From: an uncultured Candidatus Saccharibacteria bacterium
GTDB lineage: Bacteria > Patescibacteriota > Minisyncoccia > UBA6257 > 2-01-FULL-56-20
Direction: 5' to 3'
Length of the DNA: 64,000 bases
NCBI GenBank assembly: GCA_964361595.1
Contig: CAYIAX010000003.1
Span: 6,071 to 70,070, forward strand
Shown here: positions 38,679 to 47,217 of the stretch, one piece after another
Position numbering within the stretch: position 1 is the first letter of the stretch
How the letters are laid out: every line of letters begins with the position of its first letter
The notes under the pieces: generated by a model
What the model was told of the DNA's origin: nothing
What the model saw: only the letters and a program-made list of their open reading frames with translations
Database searches by the model: none
Translations under genes and position numbers: made by a program

Positions 38679-38710
38679 CCTTAAAATCTCAAGTTCTCAA
38701 GTTTTTAAGG
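38679..38710. repeat. 32 bp inverted-repeat arm (right) CCTTAAAATCTCAAGTTCTCAAGTTTTTAAGG
   Basis: Exact reverse complement of 38335-38366. Confidence 0.9.
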
Positions 38711-38797
38711 GTGTCATTTGGTAATCTGGAGTAATCTGGGCTAAGGTAAGCTGAATATTGGAAAGGATGGTAACTTTGATATATCATAGAGCATCAA

Positions 38798-38870
38798 GGG
38801 CCCGTAGTTCAGCCCCGACGTTGCAAGTCGGGGAGGCCGCGATTGGCTTGGCAGGCCTCATTTGTCCCGA
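38798..38870 (+). pseudogene. tRNA-Ala 5' fragment (degenerate)
   Basis: Starts GGGCCCGTAGTTCAG like the intact tRNA-Ala at 38924, then loses the cloverleaf. Confidence 0.4.
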
Positions 38871-38923
38871 CGCACTTTTAAATAACCTATGATAAAGAAG
38901 TCGGGATCCCGTATGACTTTGGT

Positions 38924-38995
38924 GGGCCCGTAGTTTAGTGGTAAAACGCCTCATTTGCAATGAGGAGAGCGGCGGTTCGATCCCGCCCGGGTCCA
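38924..38995 (+). tRNA. tRNA-Ala (anticodon TGC)
   Basis: Acceptor GGGCCCG/CGGGTCC with G3:U70, D-arm GTTT-AGTGGTA-AAAC, anticodon stem CCTCA/TGAGG, loop TTTGCAA, T-arm GGCGG-TTCGATC-CCGCC, discriminator A. Confidence 0.8.
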
Positions 38996-39029
38996 CACGA
39001 GCCCACCAAAGTCCAGCGGGACAATGTGG

Positions 39030-39160
39030 AGTGGGCGGCCGCCCGGGTCCACGCGTGCTTCGAGCGCACAGGTAGGAAGGTTGGCAGAGTGGACGAATGC
39101 GCCGCACTTGTTCCCGATTTCTATGAATCTTTGATTCGTCGAGAAATCGCAATCCCGCAC
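39030..39160 (+). pseudogene. tRNA fragment cluster (tRNA-Ala 3' piece and tRNA-Ser 5' piece)
   Basis: Contains CGGCCGCCCGGGTCCACGCG (Ala T-arm/acceptor-like) and GGTTGGCAGAGTGGACGAATGCGCCGCACTTG (Ser 5'-half-like). Confidence 0.4.
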
Positions 39161-39165
39161 AAAGC

Positions 39166-39252
39166 GGTGGGGTGGCCGAGTGGTTGAAAGCGCCGCACTT
39201 GAAATGCGGTATACCCGGAAGGGTATCGTGAGTTCGAATCTCACCCCCACCG
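39166..39252 (+). tRNA. tRNA-Ser (anticodon TGA)
   Basis: Acceptor GGTGGGG/CCCCACC, anticodon stem CCGCA/TGCGG, loop CTTGAAA, long variable arm, T-arm GTGAG-TTCGAAT-CTCAC, discriminator G. Confidence 0.8.
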
Positions 39253-39254
39253 CT

Positions 39255-39440
39255 TTGGGCGCGGGAAATGCGGTAAGCCAGAAATGGCTTCGGAGGTTCG
39301 AATCCTCCACCTTCCGCCTAGGGATTAATACCCTTATGGGCCGCACTCGCCCGCCGAAGGCAGGGTCCCTGCCTACCGGCAGGCAGGCGCCCCAGGCGGA
39401 AAATGCGGTTGGGGAGAAATCCCCGTCAGATGCTTTGTAA
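39255..39440 (+). pseudogene. tRNA-Ser-like 3' fragments
   Basis: GAAATGCGGTAAGCCAGAAATGGCTTCGGAGGTTCGAATCCTCCACC is an anticodon-stem/variable arm/T-arm without a 5' half. A second piece, GAAAATGCGGTTGGGGAGAAATCCCC, nearly matches the variable arm of the tRNA-Ser at 36044-36133. Confidence 0.4.
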
Positions 39441-39488
39441 GACACATAATCGAGCGAAAGGAAATCGGTAATATGAAGTGGAATAATT

Positions 39489-40190
39489 ATGACAGGAATA
39501 TTTTTTGCACATCCACATACGCTTCTAGACCAAGTTGGTAAGGTTTTAGAAAAAGTTGGCGCTGAAAAATTCTTTTCAAGCTCGGATGAGGAAGTGAAGA
39601 AAGCCCGAGAAGGATTTGCGGCATATTTCTTCACGCTTACCTTAAAGCAATATCTACGGAGAGATTGGTGGTTGGCGCAGTACGACCAAGCCACTAGAGC
39701 TTACCCAGATTTTGATTTTATATCTTTTGCAGAAAATCCTGACGATATGAAGATGGAGTCTGTAGAGCTAACAGGCATTTACCCGCATTTCAAATCTTTT
39801 GACGAAGCCCTAAAAGTTGTTGAGAAGAAACAGAAGCAATATGGCGACAAGCCATTGAAGTTCAGTTTGTTAGTTTTTGTAAATCACGAAAAAAGCGAGG
39901 AGTGGATTAATCTGCTTAGAAAGAACGTGAGTAGTGAACACCCATTCTTGAGCATATGGACAATACACTTGAGGTTTAAGAAGGGTGGAAAGGAAGTCGG
40001 GAAAGCAGTTGCTCAACGAATTGTACCCTTGCCAGGCCTGAGAATTGAAGCTGACACGGATGATTCTGAAATACACAAGCGACAGCCTCTCCCAAGTTAT
40101 ATGGATCAACATCGGGAAGGTGAACAAACTTATATCACATTCAAGACCGAGTTTATTGATAAAATGCGAAAAAAGGTTGGAGCGTTATAG
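39489..40190 (+). CDS. hypothetical protein (233 aa), AT-rich
   Basis: ORF with a clear start, lower GC than the flanks, immediately downstream of the tRNA fragment cluster. No motif recognised. Confidence 0.5.
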   Translation: MTGIFFAHPHTLLDQVGKVLEKVGAEKFFSSSDEEVKKAREGFAAYFFTLTLKQYLRRDWWLAQYDQATRAYPDFDFISFAENPDDMKMESVELTGIYPHFKSFDEALKVVEKKQKQYGDKPLKFSLLVFVNHEKSEEWINLLRKNVSSEHPFLSIWTIHLRFKKGGKEVGKAVAQRIVPLPGLRIEADTDDSEIHKRQPLPSYMDQHREGEQTYITFKTEFIDKMRKKVGAL

Positions 40191-40316
40191 TCTTTCTATT
40201 ATCCTCAATGCGTGAACTATTACGAACCGCAGAAAAGCGAATGTGAAGGCGAGCGCGAAACTTCCGATCTTGATAGCGTGCTCGACCGGATTTTCCGGAG
40301 CGTACAACTGCGCTGA

Positions 40317-40352
40317 CAACATTCTCACATTCTCAAGAATGTGAGAATGTTG
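40317..40352. repeat. ACATTCT-heptamer palindrome family, copy 2 (CAACATTCTCACATTCT-CA-AGAATGTGAGAATGTTG)
   Basis: Read directly: arms are perfect complements around a 2 nt centre. Followed by the hairpin AAATGCGCCA-CCCGGC-TGGCGCATTT. Confidence 0.85.
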
Positions 40353-40413
40353 CGAATGCGCCACCCGGCTGGCGCATTTATAAATAGTGAAAACATGCTA
40401 TTGTTATTTCTAA

Positions 40414-41592
40414 ATGGAACTCCAGGTGGGGGCGAAAACTTTGCCGAAGAACAAGGAAGCTCAAAAACAAAATTTAAGAACGTGGATTGAAATCAATCAG
40501 CAAGCTTTGAAGAACAATCATAATGTTTTCAGGCGCCTGATCGGGCCAAAATGCCTTTTGATGAGCGTTGTTAAATCAAACGCTTACGGCCACGACTTGA
40601 TTGATTTTACCCGCGCCGCGGAAAATTTTGGCGTGGATTGGTTTGGCGTTGATTCAATTGTTGAGGCAGAAAGTTTAAGAAAAGCCGGTTTAAGAAAACC
40701 TGTTTTGGTTTTAGGCCACACCTTGCAGAATAGGGTGGAGGCCGCCGCTAAGAACCGCATTTCTCTGACCGTCGCTGATTTTTCGGCCCTGAAAAATTTA
40801 AAAAATATCAAGCAACGCGGCGCTAAATTAAAAATTCACCTCAAGGTTGATACCGGCATGCACCGTCAGGGCTTTTTTGTCTCGGAACTCCCAGCCGTCA
40901 TCAAGATTTTAAAGTCACAATCCGCCGCGGCGCTTGAGGGTGTTTATACTCATTTTGCTTCGGCCAAAAATCCAGCATTTCCGGCCGAAACTCTTAATCA
41001 AATTGAGGAATTTAAAAAAGCCGTTGATATTTTTGAATCAGCCGGTTTTAGCGGATTCATAAAACACGCCGCAGCCACGGCCGGTACGATTATTTTCCCT
41101 CAAAGTCATTTTGACTTGGTCAGAGTCGGAATCGGACTATACGGACTTTGGCCGTCAAAAGAAACCCGAGCGGCGTTTAAGGATAAAATGAAACTTAAGC
41201 CGGTTCTGGCGTGGAAGACCATTGTCGGCCAGATTAAAAACTTCCCCAAAGGAAGTAAAATCGGCTATGACCTAACGGAAATACTAGGCCGTCCTTCCCG
41301 AGTTGCGATTTTACCGATTGGCTATTGGCACGGGTTTCCGCGCTCGCTTTCCGGCATCGGCAAGGTGTTGATTGGCGGCCACGAGGCGAAGGTTCTTGGT
41401 CGGGTCTCGATGGACATGATTAGCGTTGACGTTACAAATGTCAGAAATGTAAAAATTGGCGACGAGGCGGTTTTGATCGGGAAACAGGGAAAGCTGGAAA
41501 TCTCGGTTGACGAGCTGGCGTATTTAAGCGACACGATTAACTACGAAATTACCACTCGCCTGAATCCATTGATCAAAAGAATTATGGTTTGA
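40414..41592 (+). CDS. alr: alanine racemase
   Basis: PLP-site VVKSNAYGHD, and C-terminal GRVSMDMISVD/YEITTRL. Length 392 aa. Confidence 0.85.
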   Translation: MELQVGAKTLPKNKEAQKQNLRTWIEINQQALKNNHNVFRRLIGPKCLLMSVVKSNAYGHDLIDFTRAAENFGVDWFGVDSIVEAESLRKAGLRKPVLVLGHTLQNRVEAAAKNRISLTVADFSALKNLKNIKQRGAKLKIHLKVDTGMHRQGFFVSELPAVIKILKSQSAAALEGVYTHFASAKNPAFPAETLNQIEEFKKAVDIFESAGFSGFIKHAAATAGTIIFPQSHFDLVRVGIGLYGLWPSKETRAAFKDKMKLKPVLAWKTIVGQIKNFPKGSKIGYDLTEILGRPSRVAILPIGYWHGFPRSLSGIGKVLIGGHEAKVLGRVSMDMISVDVTNVRNVKIGDEAVLIGKQGKLEISVDELAYLSDTINYEITTRLNPLIKRIMV

Positions 41593-41621
41593 GATTTAAC
41601 TCCGGAGGTTTGTTATAATCA

Positions 41622-42032
41622 ATGCACATGGAACTGCAAGTCGGCGTAAAGGCTTTGCTAAAAAACAAGGACGGCAAGTACCTTTTGCTTTTGCGCTCGC
41701 GGGATAAATATAAAGACGTAATGGGCGAGTGGGATATCGTGGGCGGCCGGATTGATCCCGGGTCGCCGCTTATAGAAAATTTAAAAAGAGAAATTAAGGA
41801 AGAAACGGGGCTCGATTTAATTGATGAGCCGAAATTGATTTACGCCCAGGATATTTTGCGAGTGCCGGGACGGCATGTGGTACGGCTGACCTATACGGCA
41901 AATATCGAAGGAGAGCCGAAAATAGACGAAGAGCACCGCGAGTATAAATGGTTCACGCTCGAGGAGCTTAAAAATATGGAAAATTTAGACGTGTATTTTA
42001 GAGAACTTTTGGATAAGGCGATAATCGCATAA
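41622..42032 (+). CDS. NUDIX hydrolase
   Basis: Nudix box GGRIDPGSPLIENLKREIKEETGL (Gx5Ex7REUxEExGU). Confidence 0.8.
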   Translation: MHMELQVGVKALLKNKDGKYLLLLRSRDKYKDVMGEWDIVGGRIDPGSPLIENLKREIKEETGLDLIDEPKLIYAQDILRVPGRHVVRLTYTANIEGEPKIDEEHREYKWFTLEELKNMENLDVYFRELLDKAIIA

Positions 42033-42081
42033 AATCCGCGCATTGCTCTTTCCGGGGAAATAAGTAAAATAGGAATGCATC

Positions 42082-42153
42082 GCCGGAGTAGCTCAGTGGT
42101 AGAGCAGACCCTTCGTAAGGGTAAGGTCGGGGGTTCAAATCCTCTCTCCGGCT
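42082..42153 (+). tRNA. tRNA-Thr (anticodon CGT)
   Basis: Acceptor GCCGGAG/CTCCGGC, D-arm GCTC-AGTGGTA-GAGC, anticodon loop TTCGTAA, T-loop TTCAAAT, discriminator T. Confidence 0.75.
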
Positions 42154-42256
42154 CAAAATGACCGACAAAAAAGTTCAAATTTTAGTGATGGGCGGGACCA
42201 TTGATTCGTATTGGGCGGTGTTTGAGAAAAAGCAGTAAAAGTTTTAAACTTTGAAT

Positions 42257-43301
42257 ATGGACCACAAACAAGAACTTGAAGAACTTGCGACCGAAGCCCG
42301 CCGGTTAGGCGGGCGGCTTTGAGGTCCAAGCCAAGCGTGAACGCATCGCGGAAATCGAGGCGCAAATGAGCGAGGCGGGTTTTTGGGGTGATCGCGCGAA
42401 GGCGGATGCGGCAATCAAAGAATTTGGAGAGCTGAAGGAAGTGGCCGATGCGTACGATGAAATTGAGCATGGCGTGGCGGGTCTTGCCGCGGCGTTCGAC
42501 GAAAAACGTTTCTTCGAGATCAAGAAAAAATTCCGCGACCTGGAGCTCCAGGAACTTTTCAAAGGCAAATATGATCTGCAGTCGGCCGTAATCTCGGTTT
42601 ATCCCGGCGTGGGTGGCGATGACGCGGAAGATTGGGCACGGATGCTTTTTGAAATGTACGAAAAGTACGCTGCTAAACGCAAATGGCAAATTGCAATTTT
42701 GGACAACAATCCGAACAGGCGAACGCTCGAGATGAAGGGGAAATATGCCTATGGATATTTGAAACATGAAGGCGGCGTGCATCGCCTTGTGCGCATCTCG
42801 CCCTTTTCGGCGCAGAAACTGCGCCACACGTCCTTCGCGCTGGTTGAAATCGTGCCCGACTTGCCGGCGCAAGAAGAATCAGCTTTCCAAATTCCCGAGC
42901 GGGATTTAAAGGTGGAATTTTACCGTTCGGGCGGACCCGGCGGGCAGAATGTGAACAAGGTGGAAACCGCCGTGCGGATCGTGCATATTCCCACAGGTTT
43001 AGTTGCAAGTTCGCAGGTCGAACGCGCACAAGCGCAGAATCGCGAACGCGCCCTGAAGCTTCTGAAGAGCAAAATTTTCCAGCTGATGGAGCGCGAGCAT
43101 GTCGCAGAGCTTTCCAATCTGCGCATTAAGGTTACGCCGGAATGGGGGAACCAGATCCGCTCCTATGTTTTGAATCCTTACCAGCTGGTCAAGGATCACC
43201 GCACGGAAGCCGAAACTTCCCAAGTGGAAGATGTTTTAAACGGGGAACTCGACAAATTTATTGAAGCCGAGGTACAATTGGGGACAGAATCTAGAAGCTA
43301 G
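42257..43301 (+). CDS. prfB: peptide chain release factor 2, with programmed +1 ribosomal frameshift at CTT TGA G (42317-42323)
   Basis: The short frame-0 ORF MDHKQELEELATEARRLGGRL ends at CTT-TGA, preceded by the SD-like GGCGGGCGG. The +1 frame continues into the 311 aa body carrying SGGPGGQNVNKVETAVRIVHIPTG (GGQ) and an SPF-type codon-recognition motif (SPFSAQ). Confidence 0.85.
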
Positions 43302-43437
43302 AATATAGCCGTTTTTGGCGAGTCTCGCCTCTGGCGGGAATCTAGAATATGCAAAAACTAAGCAATTCTAGGTACTAGGTTCTGAATTTCCTGCCTACCG
43401 GCAGGCAGGCAGGCAGGTAGGTAGGTTCTAAATTGCA

Positions 43438-44121
43438 ATGATCGCATTTCAAGGCATATCAAAGGTATATAACAGCCACTCCACCGCACTGGAGGATGTA
43501 AGTTTCCGCATTAATCCGGGCGAATTCGTCTCCTTGGTCGGACGTTCGGGCGCGGGCAAGTCAACCGTCATCAAGCTTTTAATCGGGGAAGAAAAACCCA
43601 CGCGCGGGAGAGTGTTTTTCGGCCAGTATGAAGTGAATAAATTAGGCGACAGCGAACTGCCGTTTTTCCGCCGCCACATCGGCATCGTTTTCCAGGACTT
43701 TAGGCTCCTGACTGCTAAAAATACGTATGAGAATGTTGCTTTCGCGCTTGAGGTCGCCGGCCGGCCGCAGCGGGAGATTAACGAACTTGTGCCGCAGGTT
43801 TTGGATATGGTAGGTTTGGGCGAGAAAATGTCCAATTTTCCGCATGAGCTCTCTGGCGGCGAGAAGCAGCGCGTGGCAATTGCCCGCGCCATGGTCCATC
43901 GTCCGGAAGTCATTATCGCCGACGAACCGACGGGCAATCTCGATCCCTTCCACAGCGCGGAAATTATCAATTTGCTTTTAAAGATCAACCAGCTTGGCAC
44001 CACCTTGATCCTCGCCACCCATGACCGGGAAATCATTAATGGGCTCGACAAGCGTGTAATTACGCTCGATGCGGGCCGCTTGATTCGCGATGAAGCGAGA
44101 GGGAAATATATACTCGTGTAA
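43438..44121 (+). CDS. ftsE: cell division ABC transporter ATP-binding protein FtsE
   Basis: Walker A GRSGAGKST, ABC signature LSGGEKQR, Walker B IIADEPTGNLD. Length 227 aa, and paired with the ftsX-like gene. Confidence 0.85.
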   Translation: MIAFQGISKVYNSHSTALEDVSFRINPGEFVSLVGRSGAGKSTVIKLLIGEEKPTRGRVFFGQYEVNKLGDSELPFFRRHIGIVFQDFRLLTAKNTYENVAFALEVAGRPQREINELVPQVLDMVGLGEKMSNFPHELSGGEKQRVAIARAMVHRPEVIIADEPTGNLDPFHSAEIINLLLKINQLGTTLILATHDREIINGLDKRVITLDAGRLIRDEARGKYILV

Positions 44122-44227
44122 ATTCGAAGCACGAAGCACGAAATTCGAAACAAATTCACAATGAAAGAAATCAATAAAAAATTAAGAACCATTTCGGATT
44201 TCGATATTCGAATTTCGAATTTTTAAT

Positions 44228-45136
44228 ATGATCACCGTCATCTCGCGCATAATCCATTACGGCATCCAAAACTTTTGGCGGAACGCTTGGCCGTCGGCGG
44301 CCACCGTGGCGATCATGATTTTGGCGCTTTTAGTTTCCGCCGGACTTATTTTCTTCAACGTCGCCACGGATCGGGCGGTCGCTTCGGTGCAGGATAAAAT
44401 CGATATCAGCGTTTACTTTAAATCCAACACGCCCGAGGACGAAATTTTGAACATTAAGCAATCGCTGGAGAGTTTGTCGGAAGTCCGCCAAGTCGAATAT
44501 ATCTCGAGCGGCCGCGCTTTGGAGATATTTAAAGAAGCGCACAAAGATGACCAAACGATTATCCAGGCCTTGGGCGAGCTCTCCGGCAATCCGCTCGTAG
44601 CTTCCTTGAACATTAAGGCGCAGCGGCCGGACCAGTATGCTTCAATCGCGCAATATCTTTCCTCGCCGAATCTCGACCGGTATGTGGAAAACTTGAGCTA
44701 TGCCAAAAACCAAATTGTAATCGAGCGCTTAAACACAATCATTCACAATGTGAATCGAGGCGGTCTGGCGCTTACAATCGCTTTGGCGATTTTGGCCGGA
44801 CTTGTGGTCTTCAACACCATTCGTTTGGCAATTTATTCTAACCGCGATGAGATCGGGATCATGCGAGCGGTTGGCGCCTCGAATTCTTTCGTGCGCGGCC
44901 CGTATGTCGTCGAAGGCGTAATCGCTGGAGTGGTCGCTGCCGTCATCAGCATGATTTTGGCTGCGCCATTGACTTATCTTGTTTCGCCATACCTCAATGT
45001 TTTCATTCCGGGACTCAATGTTTTCCAATATTACTACTCCAACTTGTTCGCGCTTTTGGGGTACCAGCTTTTGGCCGGAATTGCGATCGGAAGCTTTTCG
45101 AGCTTCGTCGCCGTCCGCAGATATTTGAAGAACTAG
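44228..45136 (+). CDS. ftsX: cell division permease-like protein FtsX
   Basis: N-terminal TM, a periplasmic domain, three C-terminal TMs with IGIMRAVGAS (FtsX-like permease motif), directly downstream of ftsE. Confidence 0.75.
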   Translation: MITVISRIIHYGIQNFWRNAWPSAATVAIMILALLVSAGLIFFNVATDRAVASVQDKIDISVYFKSNTPEDEILNIKQSLESLSEVRQVEYISSGRALEIFKEAHKDDQTIIQALGELSGNPLVASLNIKAQRPDQYASIAQYLSSPNLDRYVENLSYAKNQIVIERLNTIIHNVNRGGLALTIALAILAGLVVFNTIRLAIYSNRDEIGIMRAVGASNSFVRGPYVVEGVIAGVVAAVISMILAAPLTYLVSPYLNVFIPGLNVFQYYYSNLFALLGYQLLAGIAIGSFSSFVAVRRYLKN

Positions 45137-45149
45137 GAGAGTTTAACCA

Positions 45150-45584
45150 TCAAAAATTTTTTTTGATCTCGGCGCAGATCTTTTCCGTAACTTCTTGTGA
45201 GGTAGCTTTCGTCGGTTCGGGGAAGCAATTTCTGCCCACGCGCTCATCGGTAAAAGTTTCGCCGGCAAATTCCCGCACGGGATTTTTTTCGTAGCGGGGG
45301 ATTACGTGCCAGTGCACGAAATGATCTTTGTTAGCAAGATGCGCGTAGTTCAAGCGGTCTGGCCGGAATGATTTTTGTAAGGCCGCCGCTAGTTTTGGCA
45401 TGATCTCGTTCCAAAACTCATCTCTCTCCGCCTGGGTTATTTCGAGCGGATTCTCGAGCACACGGCTTTTCAGATAGACAATACTGCGGCCGAGATATGA
45501 TTGATTATCGCGATGCAAAATTACGTTCCAGTGCTGGCCTTCGTAGATTAAATATTGGCTGTCGAGAAACGGAATTTGTTCCAT
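45150..45584 (-). CDS. HIT family hydrolase
   Basis: Histidine triad HFVHWHVIP. Confidence 0.8.
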   Translation of the reverse strand: MEQIPFLDSQYLIYEGQHWNVILHRDNQSYLGRSIVYLKSRVLENPLEITQAERDEFWNEIMPKLAAALQKSFRPDRLNYAHLANKDHFVHWHVIPRYEKNPVREFAGETFTDERVGRNCFPEPTKATSQEVTEKICAEIKKNF

Positions 45585-45593
45585 GTTTTAATC

Positions 45594-46391
45594 TTACGTC
45601 TCCGACGTGAATCGCGTGAGCAGGCCTTTTTTGAGCACGATTTTGAACATTTGAATGAAAACGAAATAGGCAAGTACGAGATATGCCGCGGCAAGGACTG
45701 CGCCCAGGATCAACTTTTCCGGCGAAAATGTTCCGTGGATGACGAGCGAACGCAAACCTTCAAACACATACGAAGGCGGGATGGCTTTGGCGATCGGTTG
45801 GAGCGAACTAGGCAGGGCGGCAATCGGATAAAACACTCCGGCGAAGGGACCAAGCATAAAGGGGACAAGCCAGGCCAGCCATTCGGCCGCGGGTCCGAAC
45901 CGGAAAACAAAAGCGGTAGTTACGATTCCCAAAGCCAAGCCAAACAGGAAGATGACAAGGAGGAAGAGGAAAAGCGGCAAGCCGAGCGAGAGAATGTTGA
46001 AGCCGAAAGCAAAACTTCCAATTAGTGTCATCACGGCAAATCCGGCAGAGCTTGTTGTAATGCTCGCAACAATAAGTCCCAGAATGTATTCGTTCACCTT
46101 TAAGGGCGAGGCAAAGAGATTCAGGAAATTCCGCGACCACATGTCTTCGAAAAAGGCGAGGATCACTCCTTGCTGTACGCGGATCAAAAAACTCCAGAGG
46201 ATTACGGCGCCCAAAAGCACCGGCACAAAATCAAAGGTTGCTTGGCCGACGGAATTTAAATAACGAGTCGTAAACCCCCACAAAATAACATCCAGCGTGA
46301 TCCAAAGGAAAATATTGCAGATCCGCGTGATGTTTTTGCGAAGCAGGAAAAATTGGCGAAGGATGATTGCGGAGACTCTAATAAGGCTCAT
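45594..46391 (-). CDS. ABC-2 type transporter permease
   Basis: Six-TM protein, translationally coupled to the upstream ABC ATPase (4 nt overlap). Confidence 0.7.
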   Translation of the reverse strand: MSLIRVSAIILRQFFLLRKNITRICNIFLWITLDVILWGFTTRYLNSVGQATFDFVPVLLGAVILWSFLIRVQQGVILAFFEDMWSRNFLNLFASPLKVNEYILGLIVASITTSSAGFAVMTLIGSFAFGFNILSLGLPLFLFLLVIFLFGLALGIVTTAFVFRFGPAAEWLAWLVPFMLGPFAGVFYPIAALPSSLQPIAKAIPPSYVFEGLRSLVIHGTFSPEKLILGAVLAAAYLVLAYFVFIQMFKIVLKKGLLTRFTSET

Positions 46392-47131
46392 AATTCAAGC
46401 GATAATGGTTCGCGCGCGACCGTTATGAATAATTCTTCCAAGTCTTTTTTCCCGTGTTCCTGCGGCAGCAATTTAGGATCGCCTGCCAAAAGTATTTTCC
46501 CGTGCGAAAGGAAAAGCACGCGGTCGCATACCGCTTCCACTTCATGCATGTTGTGCGAGGTCCAAAGAATTCCAGCTTTGGCTTCCGCGGCGTAGTAATG
46601 GATTTTCTCGCGGATCAAGTGGGCGTTTAAGGGGTCAAGCGAAGCGGTCGGTTCGTCCAAGAAGAGAAGCGCAGGGGAGTTCACCATCGCCTTGGCCAGC
46701 ATCACGCGCGTATTTTCTCCGGAGGAGAGGAGGCCGCATTTTGTATTTCTGAACTCCGTAAGCTCAAAGGCCGTGAGCATCTCATTCGCGCGTTTTTTTG
46801 CCGCTGGGACCTCGTAAAGCAAACAGAATATGTAAAGATTCTGCCAGACTGTAAGATTGCCGGGCAGCTGCGCATAGACGGCGGAAAAATTAGTTTTGGC
46901 CATCACTTCCGAGCGGTTGCCGCGCAATGGCTTGCCCAGGATTTCGATTGAGCCACTTGTGGGTTCTAAAACGCCCATGAGCATGCTGATCGTCGTTGTT
47001 TTGCCGGCGCCGTTCGGTCCCAGAAGTCCTACCACCTCGCCGGCGGCCACGCTAAAGGAAACATCTCGCACAGCTTCAATGTCTTTGTAGGCTTTGGAAA
47101 GGTTTTTGACGGTTAAAACGGGATTTTGCAT
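46388..47131 (-). CDS. ABC transporter ATP-binding protein
   Basis: Walker A GPNGAGKTT, signature LSSGENTRV, Walker B LLFLDEPT. Start moved to the internal ATG (MQNPVLTV), 16 codons into the ORF. Confidence 0.85.
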   Translation of the reverse strand: MQNPVLTVKNLSKAYKDIEAVRDVSFSVAAGEVVGLLGPNGAGKTTTISMLMGVLEPTSGSIEILGKPLRGNRSEVMAKTNFSAVYAQLPGNLTVWQNLYIFCLLYEVPAAKKRANEMLTAFELTEFRNTKCGLLSSGENTRVMLAKAMVNSPALLFLDEPTASLDPLNAHLIREKIHYYAAEAKAGILWTSHNMHEVEAVCDRVLFLSHGKILLAGDPKLLPQEHGKKDLEELFITVAREPLSLEL

Positions 47132-47217
47132 GTAATCGTGATTATACCGGTTTTCCTTAAATACCCAAAGTGGCGGCAAAGAGTAGAATTAAATAAAGGT
47201 CGGGATTTTTAAAAACT

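Noticed and set aside
38784-39694. Two long minus-strand ORFs (122 aa and 247 aa) spanning the tRNA region
   Set aside because: They run across two intact tRNA genes and GC-rich tRNA fragments, so they are artefacts of stop-codon-poor GC-rich sequence.
42153-42872. 239 aa minus-strand ORF
   Set aside because: It is antisense to prfB, whose frameshifted reading frame has clear RF2 motifs, and overlaps tRNA-Thr. It has no motif of its own.
43449-44192. 247 aa minus-strand ORF
   Set aside because: Antisense to ftsE, which has Walker A/B and the ABC signature.
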